From assembly GCA_009103225.1 (NCBI GenBank), contig RHPI01001507.1, positions 640,025 through 704,024 on the forward strand: 64,000 nucleotides of DNA, given 5' to 3'. The position numbers and the translations under genes were made by a program. This document shows positions 33,608 to 48,740 of the stretch, in pieces. This stretch comes from Chlorokybus atmophyticus. Taxonomy: Eukaryota; Plantae; Mesostigma and Chlorokybus algae. How positions within the stretch are numbered: the first letter of the stretch is position 1; each line of letters starts with the position of its first letter. A model generated the notes under the pieces. It was not told the origin of the DNA. It made no database searches and was given only the letters and a program-made list of their open reading frames with translations.

Positions 33608-36083
33608 CTATGCATTGGGCTGCAACACGTCCACGAGTCGCCACTTTGCCCTGAAAGCCTCCTCCCATGACGTCGTTGGCGAAACCGACTCCAACAACGC
33701 AGCGTTTGCTGTCTTCAACTCTGATAATAACGGCAACTTTAGAAAAAACACACAAACACCACTACCATACACATGCCTCGAAGGGTGTGACTGTCGTTCA
33801 AGTGCACACGCATTGGCAAGTTGGAGTCTGTGCACGCATGTGTATGCAATTGCAGCCCTTGTGAGTGTGTGCACACGCAAGCGTGTGAGCCGACATGTCC
33901 ATGTCCATGTCCATGTCTATGTCTATGTCTATGTCTATGTCTATGTGTCCTAGCGCATGCAAGTGTGTCCGCCGTGCACACGCGAGTGAGAGAGTATAGC
34001 AACAACTCACCAATCTGAGTGTTGGCTAGCTCAGATGCAGCCTCCTCCCACCCTCGGTTGTGACCCATGCACATCACACAGCCCATCCCATCCGAAGCAT
34101 ACTGCGTGATAGTCTCTGCTCCGCAAAAACAGATGTTGTCACAACCAAACAAACTCAGTTTCGCAACATGCATCAGCCTGTCTGACTTCGGCAACACACA
34201 TTTTCTGTCAGAAAGTGTAGTGACAGCGTACATACCAGCAATGTGCTTGCGCGTGTGTCCGTCCAGCGAAGCAATAGTGTAAAAACTGCCAAGAAAGCTT
34301 ATCGCCGCCCGCCCGAAATCCGCCACTTCCTGGACACATGGTGTGTGCGCGCGCGCACATATGTGCACAACACTCAACACAGCAGCAGCAGCAACAATAA
34401 CAACACCAACAAACCCTCTTTATTACCTGTATCATGAGCTCCAGTGTTTGTCGTGTGCGCAGGGAGTCCGACGACAGTATCAGCTGTGGCATCCACCCTT
34501 TGCGCGATTGCAGGGCTGTTGCCAGCAGCGGGACGGTTCGCCTGCCGTCGTCGCTGAGAGGCCGCAAGTGGTCTGAAGCAACACCTCCACTAGACTCGGA
34601 CGAGGCTGCGTGCCGGAGCATTATCAAGCGGCGAAGGATGCGCACGTTTACAGCCGGCTGCGGGCCTACCGCCCCATCTAATGTAGCGCTCTGTCGGGGC
34701 ACAGAATACGTTGTGGATATGTGGTTTGATTTGGATGCATGCTTGCACACGTGTGCACACAAATGTGCATGCTGACACGCACACTTGCGCGCGCATGCAC
34801 CAGCATGGGCATGCAATGTGTACACACTGACACAGTTCCGTGACAGCAGTGTTTTGCATGCAGTGTGCTGAATGCCCCTCATACAACAACATGTACGCGC
34901 ATATGTCAAAGTGTTGATACACATAAGCGCTCTGTTTTTGCATGAACACTTCTCTGTGGTACGAAAGCGCACACGTGTAGAGCGTGGGGTGCCTGCACTT
35001 GTGCGTGGGTACGTGCATGTGCACGCGCTCTTGGGCAGTATGCATGTGTGCATGTGTGTGCGTGTGCTTGCCATATGCGAGCCATATGTGAATGGTGTTT
35101 CAAAGCACCAAAACATACACAAGCAACCCAACAATAAGGCGCATTAGGCATGTCAGCTAACGCACACGCGCATGCGCGCACGTATGCACGCACAGCAGGT
35201 GACATGCAACAAACCGTTTTACCTTTGGCGAGCCCCTTCGCGCATTCTCGGCAGCAGGGGCCGATGATGATGCCGACGAGCAGCACGTCGACGTGGGGTT
35301 GAATGGTAGTGACAATGAGGGGTTTGCTTTCCGCTTCTGGTGCCAAAACGGGACAAATGTGCCAACTACAATGCCGGGCTGATATCTGCGCCTAGCTCGG
35401 GGTGTGACAAACAACGCAGGCGCAGATATCGCCACTGCCTGAAAACAAAAGGGTAAAACAAGAGAGCACTTCTGTGCAGTCATGAGGGGTATACGACGAA
35501 CCACAGTGGGTAATCGTAACTTGTCAAAGACACGTCATTCAGCAAGAAGGGCAAGACTGTTGGAAGCATTGTACAATGGCAAGCGCGCTAATTTAATGTG
35601 AAATGAGTGTTAGAGAGGTTATGAATCTAAGTCTTGAGATGAGGTCAATCAGGCAAGTGTACGCTGCTTGACATGCATGTAGCATGCATGTAAAATCCAC
35701 CGTCATGTACATGTGCGTGTACTACGACATGCAGTATTACTACTGTACTGTACAATGTTGATGCACATAACTGCCAGATGTCAGTATGCCAATGTGTCTG
35801 CAAACTGGAGCCAAGGAAAGTAATGGCTCATGCATAGACAAGGCATGGAACTAGGTCAACATGCATTACAGAGGCAGCGTGCTTAACACCACCGCTAAAG
35901 CTTTGTAATTGCAAAAGCACAAACAGGCAGCAATTGTAGATCTGAGTGCCGTCTCGCCTTGCGTAATGCAGAACACAGATTACCCAAACAGCCACCTTAT
36001 AGAGATCGCGTGCACATGTAGATATCCAGCACAAAGTCATTAGGCACAGCTTTAAATCCAACCCTACTTCCCAGTACCTGCAT
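33608..36083 (-). CDS. Plastid SixA-like histidine phosphatase / phosphoglycerate mutase family protein (At3g52155-like)
   Basis: RRLIMLRHA, DHLRPLSDDG, WMPQLILSSDSLRTRQTL, FYTIASLDG, VMCMGHNRGWEEAAS and LKTANAALL..SWEEAF. The start is placed at an ATG-CAG immediately before the donor at 36077, giving a transit-like MQAVAISAPALF. Confidence 0.85.
33895..33946. repeat. (ATGTCC/ATGTCT)n hexamer microsatellite in an intron
   Basis: Direct tandem hexamers. Confidence 0.9.
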
Positions 36084-37479
36084 GACTGCCGTAAATTGCG
36101 GCCTGCGCAACAGCTCTCACGCACGACAGGCGGTTAGCAACGCCAGCGACAGCAGAGACGACGGCAACTACAACCTCGCCGCCCACGCTGGCGAGCATGC
36201 CAACATGCCCAACCAGTATGATTAGGGTTTGCGCTGAAGTGCGACTTGTGCGTCTGTCGCACAAGCCGCACAGGTGTTTGCACCTGAAGTCCGGTGGAGG
36301 CGGTGAACAAGGCTTGCAAGTTTCACATGGATTTGGCTGGTGATTGAAGCTTTCTAGAGTACTGCCATCATCACAATGGCAATCTTGAAGTATTTATTTC
36401 GGCCAACTTCCAATTTACCAGCAGCATTTACAGCAAGATGTTTACTGTACGGCCACGAACTGTTCATGCAAGCCGCTGTTTGCCTAATCAGTTTTTGCTT
36501 CGTCCTTTCCCTCCAACAATGTTGCAGCGTTTTGTGCGCTGCCATGTGGTTGTCCGCTTACATACCTGTATAACGGCGATATGTATACCTCCAAGAGAGG
36601 CGCTTGCGTTATACGACCATACCACGACGAGACGGCGGTTATATCGGCAATAACTGGCCTTTTTTGGACCAACTAGCCGTGCAAGACCGGAAAAATTGAG
36701 CTGTTTGACGCGTAACAGCCGCTCCGCATTTGGTCGGTCGGTGATTAGCCGGCCCACTTTAATGCGCTGCTGCGCGGGCAAGGTGTGAAGGGGTTGGGAA
36801 CGTTGAAGTGCTACTTTAGGAATCTTCAAGGGTTCGTTCGTTGCCGCTGGAAATGTATCAAAAATGTCGATGTTGAATTTCCTATTCTTTGGTATTGGAA
36901 CGAACAGTTCGTAGCCGTACAATAGTATATAATTTGATTAATGTGTATGAGAGGTAGAATGCATACATTGCTTGGTGAGAGTTAAGTGCAATGCGATGGT
37001 TACCACATACACACTAGCGGGTTTACGAGATTTACGCAATCTTGTAAGTCGTACCTACGTAGACAATTGGGGTGGAGCACTTGTACTTTGCAGGTGCACA
37101 ATTAATTGCACTCCGACATTAGTAAATGCTGAGCAATAACTTGTTGTTTTTAACAATTGCTAATGTCAAGCTTAAACACATAAGCAAGCATTGAAAGCCC
37201 TATGCTATATGATCTCTTTTTTTACAAAGCAAAAGTGATATACACATATTAAAGCGCATAACGCTTGTGCGAAAGAGACGTCAACGACGCTGCGAATGTG
37301 ATGTAAGCTTCAAAATTGGCAATCCCCCCCCCGTGCACTGCAAATGCCAAACAAAAATTCCGACACGGCATGAGCAAAGAAACCACATGATAGCAACCGC
37401 AGCAAAATACACACTGTGTCATTGTGAGTGCTTGCCATACAAACACACACATTGCGCTCCGGATGACCGTGCCCACGTT

Positions 37480-39150
37480 CTACTCCGTTGTGGTTGCATT
37501 AAACTTATGGTAGCTGATGTGTCTATCAGAATCATCAGCACAGGCATCCTTAGCAGCGGTAGCAGCACCGACAATGCCAATGTCCACATAGCAACAACCA
37601 CGCTGATACCAACGGCAGGTACCGGTACTTGCTGTGCTGAGCGCACGTACGTGTGTGCGTGCGAATGTGCTGGTCCATTGGTTACAATGCATGTGCGAGC
37701 CTCGGGGGGAGGGCGCGAGAGAGTTCAACTCAGACTTGTTACAGGCCTTGGGTGAACAGCAAAAAAAAAAAGCAGCAGCCGCCATGTGTCACGCTGTTGC
37801 AGTGCCTAGCGCACATGCAGCAGCTGCTGCTTTGGCGACGGCGATGGCGGGCGAGGTGAGCATGGCTGATGGGCCAGGCTGATATCAGTTTATCCGGAGG
37901 AGCGGAACAGCCGGCTTGTGCAGGAGGCCGGGGGTCAGGCCGGACGGCAGGGCCTAGTGAAAAGCCCTCCCCACCTCTCTTGCAGTAGACATGTTCAGCA
38001 CTTGCTCAGCGTTGTACACATCACCATATGCTTACTACAGCTGAAGCTATGTCTGCATGCTTCCAAACAGCAAGTCGATGGTTCAATGCTGCAGCAACAG
38101 CAATTACTTGACATGCAGTGGCTGAATATGGCACGCGCAGTTACTTAGTCACCTAACATAGGCGCCGGCGGAGGTTCAGCTAGTGTTTTTCCTTTTGTAG
38201 CAAACCTAGACATGCGTTTACGTCGCACCAAGTGACGGTTGTGCTTTTCAATTCGCTGCTTGGATCAAAGCACTGTTCACTGGTGTAACTTACCCTTGCC
38301 CCGACACTTGAATCAGCACCGGTTTCGGCAATGCTTGCATAGCTGTCCCCCACCTGCATTGCGCAAGCGAGGATGTTTTATATCACCCTCTGGTGCAGTT
38401 CAACGGATCAAACGGTTTGCAATCATGCTCGCACTGCTTACTTGTGATGCCGTAGTCAGGGGCAGTGTCAACTGCGGATCACTCTGCGTTGGTCAAGTTG
38501 GGAACGCGGTGCGTGCATGTGTTCTGTGCTTTGCTCGTGCTGTCATCCATCGCAAGCACAAGCATTAGTCTCAGCTGCGAAGTTCAGCATCAAGTTTGCC
38601 GAGTAACACACTGCTTTCCAGGCAGCTGCTTGAAGAGCAGTGCTGCAGTGCTGGCGGGCATCAAGTTGAAAGTTTGTGTCTTGCCTAAGACTGTGGACGC
38701 TTAGGCAAGATGCTGCACGTGAGCGTGTTCAGCACCAGTGTTGTTGCAACTGGTTGCTTGCTGCCGTGTTGTTTCACTTATCTCTTCTGTGGGCAGCTTG
38801 CATTCTTGCTTGCAAGCTGTTAAGATACTCCAAATGACTGACAGAGTGCTAACACGTTGCTTTGATGGCACTTGTCACGTTCCAATGCTTCTAGTATGCT
38901 CACCTGAAAGGTGCAGTAATTGCACGCTGCCTTAGGCGGTGTGACCAATGAGAGTCGCCTGCTGCTGGCCAGGTCGGTCGACCAAGGGAATAGCATCTGT
39001 CAATTGCTTTGCAAGATCACGTGCGGTTGTCTCGCTCCTAAAGCTGTATGCTCAGCCCTTGCTGCTCATGCTGTTCTCAACTTGTGCATATGATATGCAG
39101 TTGATTGACATCAGGCAACTGTGCGTTAGAGAAGGGCTTGACCTTCTCTA
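37480..39150 (+). pseudogene. Degenerate LRR-like remnant, copy 2
   Basis: QEAGGQAGRQGLVKSP and QMTDRVLTRCFDGTCHV; reverse-complement match to 25430-27130. Confidence 0.35.
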
Positions 39151-39852
39151 ATGCACAGATGCTAGAGAAGGTCAAGCCCTTCTAAAATGCATAGTGCAAG
39201 CTGGGTGACTCATCTGGTTGCACAAACACAATTGAAGTAGTGTCTATGCTACAACAACTTACTTCTTCGCTGATGTCTCCTTGTGCACAGGCGTTCAGCG
39301 ATTGCAGTCTGGCATGCTCGTCTTGCTTCCAGGACGTTTGGTTCTTGCACGCTGTGGCTCATTGTCTTCACTGCTGGTGGCAGCTACCTGTGCACTTGCT
39401 GACCGTAAGCGGCAACTCTAAATAAAACTCGCATGCGCTACACATACGTCCTCTCGTCTCTAGATTCAGTCATGCAGTGCCACAACTCAGCGTTGACCGA
39501 TGAAGGCAACATGGCGCCAGGCGCACAGACAACTCAACTCATCCACGCTTGTCGCCAGTGACTAGGGTACACCCTCATGTGCAGCCTGCACATTTGTAAG
39601 GACTGAGTCCTTACAAACGGTGCGATGATGAGTTGACAAAATCGCTCTTCCTGACTTCATACTGACCATGCGCGCTGTGCAGCCATTGCACGTTTGTGCA
39701 GGCAATTGCCTGTCAGCTAAAAGGAAGAGTTGGAGCGTTTGCAGACTGTGTCATTACGACCGTTGTTGCCACACACGACTGGTGGTGCGCCTGTGCATCA
39801 CAAGCTATGAGCAGGATGAGTCGTAGATGCGCAGTGCACAGTAAGCACCCGG

Positions 39853-39854
<2 letters not shown>

Positions 39855-39901
<47 letters not shown>

Positions 39902-40607
39902 NNNNNNNNNNNNNNNNNNNNNNNNNNNNNNNNNNNNNNNNNNNNNNNNNNNNNNNNNNNNNNNNNNNNNNNNNNNNNNNNNNNNNNNNNNNNNNNNNNN
40001 NNNNNNNNNNNNNNNNNNNNNNNNNNNNNNNNNNNNNNNNNNNNNNNNNNNNNNNNNNNNNNNNNNNNNNNNNNNNNNNNNNNNNNNNNNNNNNNNNNNN
40101 NNNNNNNNNNNNNNNNNNNNNNNNNNNNNNNNNNNNNNNNNNNNNNNNNNNNNNNNNNNNNNNNNNNNNNNNNNNNNNNNNNNNNNNNNNNNNNNNNNNN
40201 NNNNNNNNNNNNNNNNNNNNNNNNNNNNNNNNNNNNNNNNNNNNNNNNNNNNNNNNNNNNNNNNNNNNNNNNNNNNNNNNNNNNNNNNNNNNNNNNNNNN
40301 NNNNNNNNNNNNNNNNNNNNNNNNNNNNNNNNNNNNNNNNNNNNNNNNNNNNNNNNNNNNNNNNNNNNNNNNNNNNNNNNNNNNNNNNNNNNNNNNNNNN
40401 NNNNNNNNNNNNNNNNNNNNNNNNNNNNNNNNNNNNNNNNNNNNNNNNNNNNNNNNNNNNNNNNNNNNNNNNNNNNNNNNNNNNNNNNNNNNNNNNNNNN
40501 NNNNNNNNNNNNNNNNNNNNNNNNNNNNNNNNNNNNNNNNNNNNNNNNNNNNNNNNNNNNNNNNNNNNNNNNNNNNNNNNNNNNNNNNNNNNNNNNNNNN
40601 NNNNNNN

Positions 40608-40684
<77 letters not shown>
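39855..40684. repeat. (CT)n microsatellite spanning an assembly gap (N at 39902-40607)
   Basis: Pure CT tracts on both sides of 706 N. Confidence 0.95.
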
Positions 40685-40689
<5 letters not shown>

Positions 40690-41163
40690 ATCAACAACCA
40701 GTGCAGGTGTACACAGCTTAACTGCTCAGCTGTGCACCATGTAAGCCTGCTGTGTACAAGCGTATTTTCATATCTCTTGGCATATTGGAGACATGTTGTG
40801 CAGTGGCATTGGCAGTAGTTGCGGCACTGTGAACTCTGCTCTGCCCCTCGACACTGTAAGCGAGGGCAGTGTCGTCGAGGTTGCAAGCTGCTTCATCAAT
40901 GGTTGTTTTGGAACTGCTGCAGCCAGCCTTTTGCAATGTGTCAGCCAATGGAAGGTGCGTGCGTAAGAAGCAAGGGCACGTTACACTGCACAGCAGTTGA
41001 AGCACTGAGAAGCATAGAACTTGTGCGCTTGGCACTTTGAATCAGCAAATGGCCATCCACAACCAGTAGTGCTGGTCTACTGGTACATGGTATGTCAACT
41101 GTTGCTAAGCCCTGCAAAGTCTCCATTTGCTTGCTTGGCCTACCAAACGAAGCTGGCCGCACA

Positions 41164-43672
41164 CTACTGCCAGGCGGATAGCGGCTGTACGTCAGGCATT
41201 GGCGCATCCGCCAGGCTCTTCGACCAGAGAACTGCGATTGTGGCATTGGGGGTGAGGAGTGGCATGCGTACAACCAGGTTGGTGACACCGGCGTTGTTGT
41301 TTTCCTGCGTGCTGTTGTTGATCGTGCCGGGGCTTGTAGAGAAGGTGGTGAAGTATGCGTCGCTGGGGCTGAGAATTCGTCCCTGCAGCTGCGATCCCCC
41401 TTGTGTAAGGGTGACGTCTGTGCCATTTGACACGGTGACGTTGGCGCGGGTGTGGAACATGCTTATGACATCCATGGAAGTCACAAAGGACACCTGTGCG
41501 CAGGCAAACAGGTGTCAGCGACATACGTCTCCTTGTAGAGTTTGCATGCTGTGTCGTGCGGATGCTCACCTCGTCTTGCACAAGAAGTCTCGCGTATGGA
41601 AAAGGTACGTCTTTCAGGAGTGCGATGCCGCGGCTGACGTTGATGGCGCCGCTGTATGCCGCCGTGAGGTTGACAATGGTGTGTGAGCGATCTGAGGTGG
41701 AGTATGGCACCGTCAGTGTCGCATCCACGCCCAGCGCCTGGTTTGCACACAGCAGTTCGCTCTGCCTTACGTTGCTCACCGCCAGCGTGTTGTGCGACTC
41801 CGTGCGCAGGCGGTAGTAACTGTGGAAGGAGTGAACGTTGAAGTATGGCAGCAGATACACCACTCTAGAGCCAATATGCAAGTTGCGGTGTGTCTCTCAC
41901 CTGTAACGACGCGATCCCTTGCTAGCTGGAGGTGTGAAGTAATTTGGCAGGCTGTAGTTGTCAGCGCCAAGGTCAATGAACCAGCGCTGGCCGTTGTTCT
42001 CAAAAACAAACGACCCCAAGTCAAGATGCGCATGCGTGCTCTCCAGTGGAGCAGGGTTCCACCCGGCCTTCACGGCAACATACGCGGTACGGTTGCTGTT
42101 CCATGTCGTGCGCATGAACGCGGTGGCTGCTTCAAACCCGAGGTGGCGCACATCCACGGGTAGTGGGTTTGGCGGCGCCATTTTGTTAAATATGGCCGGG
42201 TTTGTCCAGAATACGGGGAAGAACAAGCCCGTTTGCCCGAGGTTGTTCTTGTACGAGGGCACGAAGGTGTTGTTCACTTGGGCCGCAGCATAGTAGCTCA
42301 GTTGCATCGAGTTGACGTCATCGTTTGTGCCAGTGTCTGCAAAGCCGAACGATGTGCCTTGCCGTCGGGGCTCAAGCACTGAATGCGGAAGTACACAGCG
42401 GCCTGTACATGGTTGGATCAATAAGCAGCTGTGCATGTGGGGAAGCGCAAAGCATAGACCATCTTGTCCTTACCAACAGCGCGGGTGAGGTGCTCCAGCC
42501 GAAGTCGTTGTTGAGACCGGTCTTCAGAGTGCTGAGGGCGAAAGGCAGGTTGTACCCGATGTAGCTGGCATACATCGGGCCCTCGAAGAAAGCACCGCTC
42601 GGGCCAAGATTGCGCAGTTGCAAGTCAATCCCCGGCAGTGCCATGGCCAGTATCTGCTGGCACATGATCATGTCGTTTTGTGCAAACACTATGCTCGCTA
42701 CAACGTAGCCCGTGAGCGAGTTGACGTCGACGTTTGTGTTCTGCATGGCACGTTACGTTACCACAACGTGTATGTCAGTTATCTTGTTGCATCTCAGCAA
42801 CTTGAGCAGCAATGTATGCATGTGTGCACATGCAGTGGCAGCAGCGCGCACCAGGGCTGCGAGCTTGGGCAGCATGGACGCGTTCAGGGCGGGAAGGAAG
42901 GCGTTGTTGAGCACCGCATTGCACAGCCAGTCATATCCCCAAGAAGCCGCCAGCAGGTAGTTGCTCAGGTCCAGGTAGCTCTCAACCTTGTTAAAACTTG
43001 CGCCCCTACTCATTCAAAACATCGCTATTGGTGATGAGTCACTCACTCGCTTGCACTGCATGCATAGTCGCATGCTTAACCAGCAGCTCACCAGGCAGGC
43101 AGTGAAGAGATGTATATCAGGTCGAGCGCGTATGCCAACTTGTCAGGGTCAGAGTCCACCAAGTACCCACCAGCGACGCTTCCAGTACGGTCCGCAAAGG
43201 TGGGGAATGTAACTAGGACAGAGGTCAGTTATCATGGCTGGCAATAGCAACCAGTTGTTGAGCAGCATGATTGCGAGACTGCGTCATGACCTTGCTCACC
43301 TGCCAGTTGGATTGCGAGGCGTATAAATAGTATCGTTGAGAAACTTCATGCCCCTTAAGTAGAGCGGCCACAAACTGCTTCTGGGATTGTAGTTCGAGCG
43401 AATCACTATGTGGCAACGCAGCAGGAGTCAGTCACATAGACACATGTACACGCGTGCACGCAGTCGCGCAGGAGTGACCAGGTTGCTCGACTACTTGCCC
43501 CATATACAACAGTGCTGTGCTATGGCTTACCAGGCAGCATGTCTGGTGTGACGGTTGCACGCGGGTGCGTGAAGGTCACGTCGGATAGCGCTGTTGAGTA
43601 GTCAGCTGTTGTTTGCGCTGTTGCCAGCTGGAACGCAGACGCCAGCAGCAGCACCAGCAACTGCCAGCGCAT
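41164..43672 (-). pseudogene. Secreted heparinase II/III-like lyase, copy B (disrupted)
   Basis: Same exons as copy A: MRWQLLVLLLASAFQ, FFEGPMY, AYVAVKAGWNPAPLESTHAHLDLGSFVFENN, YYRLRTESHNTL, DVQPLSAWQ*. Lesions: a taacg duplication with a stop in the WWW motif, loss of the SNLASQQRTTVW segment and a frameshift at GKATW. Confidence 0.8.
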
Positions 43673-45949
43673 CTTGCTTTGAGTGCTGGAACCCTGGCTT
43701 GCTGCCATCGATAATGGTACTGTCTGCACACACACAGTAAGTACATGGCGCATAGTAGCATCAGAGTACGTCGACAAGCATGCATGGTGGGCATCAACAT
43801 TGCAACGTTGCACAGGGCAGAGCGGAGAGAAGTGCATTCATGCTGAAAAGCAGCATGACGTACCTGGCTGCTGAATGCCGCTGCAGCTCTGAGACTTGAC
43901 CTGAACCTTGCCAAGGCAGTGCATGCATCTGTGCAGGCCGGTGCTGCTCCAATTATACTACACAACAGGCTGAGGCGTTTTACTACACGTTTTACTACAC
44001 AAATGTCTTACTACACAACGGCCTGAGGCGTCTCCCCCTACAGTAGCAAGGCGGACGCGGTTGAACACAATTGGCAGCACTGATGCTAGTGACGACACGT
44101 GTCACATCACGTGATGTGACTTGGGAGGCTAAACTTAAGCTCCGCAGCATCCACCGACTTTGCTTTGCGCCGAATTGAGGGGAGCAAAGAATGTTCAACA
44201 GGTCTAACAAGCTAAGAAGTGCATGTTCAGAAGCTGATGCATCAGTGCCGTGCTGCTGGAGCGTATGGATGGCAGGCTGCTTTTGTGCGTGCAACCGCTG
44301 AATGGGTTCACTGACAGCGGCATTTACTCAGCCTCCTCTGCCAACGCGCCTGCTTCATGAGAGCGCTTAACAGTGGCATCTGCTGGCAGAGTCGGCGGTT
44401 ATGAGAGCTGGGGCATCACGTGCTTCATACTGCCTGACTTGCTCAGCTTGACCTTTTCATCCACGCGACGGTGATAAGGGTTGCATAACGCTTGCGGAGA
44501 GCAGCAGTCAATAAGGTCAATAACATCGAGCATTACCATTGAATTTGAAGTCTTGCCCTATCAAGGTGTCGGGGTATTTAGTGCATCGTGTACGTCACCC
44601 CCTAGCCTCTGGTCGCAGGTGGTAGAGGGCCTCAGGTTGCTACGCAGGCTCTACTCTGATGCGGGACATAGCAGAGATCGTGACGCCTTTTCAACTCCTC
44701 TCCCATTGAATGGAGAGCAGTTGAAAGGGCGTCACGTGTGTGTAGGCAACTGACACAACTTGTCAGTTGCTTACACACTTGCGGGACACAGCAAGCCCTG
44801 CAGTTGAAAGGGCGTTCAACTCCTCTCCATTCGACGGGAGAGGAGTTGAAAAGGCGTCACGTTTGTGTAGGCAACTGACATAATGTGTTGTGTCACCTGC
44901 CTACACCTGTGCGGGACACAGCAAGCCCTGTCAGAAACCACCAGTATGGCATCAGCCTGCAGCCTGGATCCTGGCAGAAGGGCTGAGCAAGTTGTCGCAG
45001 GTCTGATATGATATGATACGTCCTCAACAGGCACTCGCGGCGCCATTTACTGTGCAAGCTGGAGCAGTGCGGACGATCATCAATCGTTATGTAAATAGGT
45101 GAAGAGACGGTCCGTAAAGTACGAGACAATGGGGAAGGCGGTCAGTTTCATTTCAACATTAGTGCACCCCGGTCAACAAACCGAGCACCAGACCCCGAGG
45201 GACACTCACCTAACCGCATTCGGTCGCTGTGTTCGCTCCTCCTGCCAGAGCATGCGCAGCGTATGAATTACGTGCGCTGTGCAGCAAGCCAAGTTGTTGC
45301 TTGTGTGTGGTCGTGGGTGTGGTCGTCGCCATCGCAGGAGCGCTGCTGATACTGCTTGTCTAGTCCGTTTCCGTCACCGCAGTCGCCCGCTTCCCCTCTG
45401 AGCTGCTGTCCACAGGCGGCGCAGCCACCACCACAGCTGATGACGGCAGCAAGGCCTCAAAGGTAAAGCTTCTGGCTTGCTGACTGTCAACATGTATGTG
45501 ACTATGAGCTGCGTGCTTGGCGATTGCCTGCCTCGGCTGCCTTGCTCTGTACAGCGTTGTAAAAGCTGTGCATGCGCTCGTTGTTGGTGTTTGCTTTTGC
45601 TCTGCATTCAAGAAATGTGCTTGCTCAATCTAGCTCATGCATTCATACGCTGTCAATTGTCGTTGCTGAGGCTGTGGTCCGTTTGGTAGTGAGTTGCTTT
45701 TTATGCTGCGCCAGTTTTGCTTAGCCTTGTGGTGTGCTTGCAACAAGTGCATGCACGCACTTGTTACAAGTGCATATCAATCAACATATGTTGATTCATA
45801 TGCACTTGTTATCTGTTATTAACTGGAGTTGCAGATGCTTTGCTCCCCTGAGCTCGGCAGCAGAGTCGGTTGCTGCTCAAGTATCAGCCCCTCAATTGAC
45901 ATCACCGCGATGTCACACCTTGCTACATTGAAGCCGCCTGTGGTGTAAT

Positions 45950-48740
<2,791 letters not shown>

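Larger units (their letters stand above)
37450..45620 (-). repeat. Segmental duplication block, copy B (inverted relative to A), with extra sequence and a gap between the LRR-like and lyase parts
   Basis: Reverse-complement homology to 20700-27150 at several anchors; many substitutions and indels. Confidence 0.85.

Noticed and set aside
39696-40886. Long SL/ER-repeat ORFs
   Set aside because: (CT)n plus N-gap artefacts.
44680-44930. CRISPR-like repeat-spacer array
   Set aside because: Only two or three imperfect palindromic units, no unique spacers, no cas genes, and a eukaryotic context.
20700-45620. Blocks A and B as a mis-assembly or uncollapsed haplotype
   Set aside because: The copies differ by many substitutions and indels, have independent lesions and flank unique genes. 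Long reads are still needed because of the gaps.
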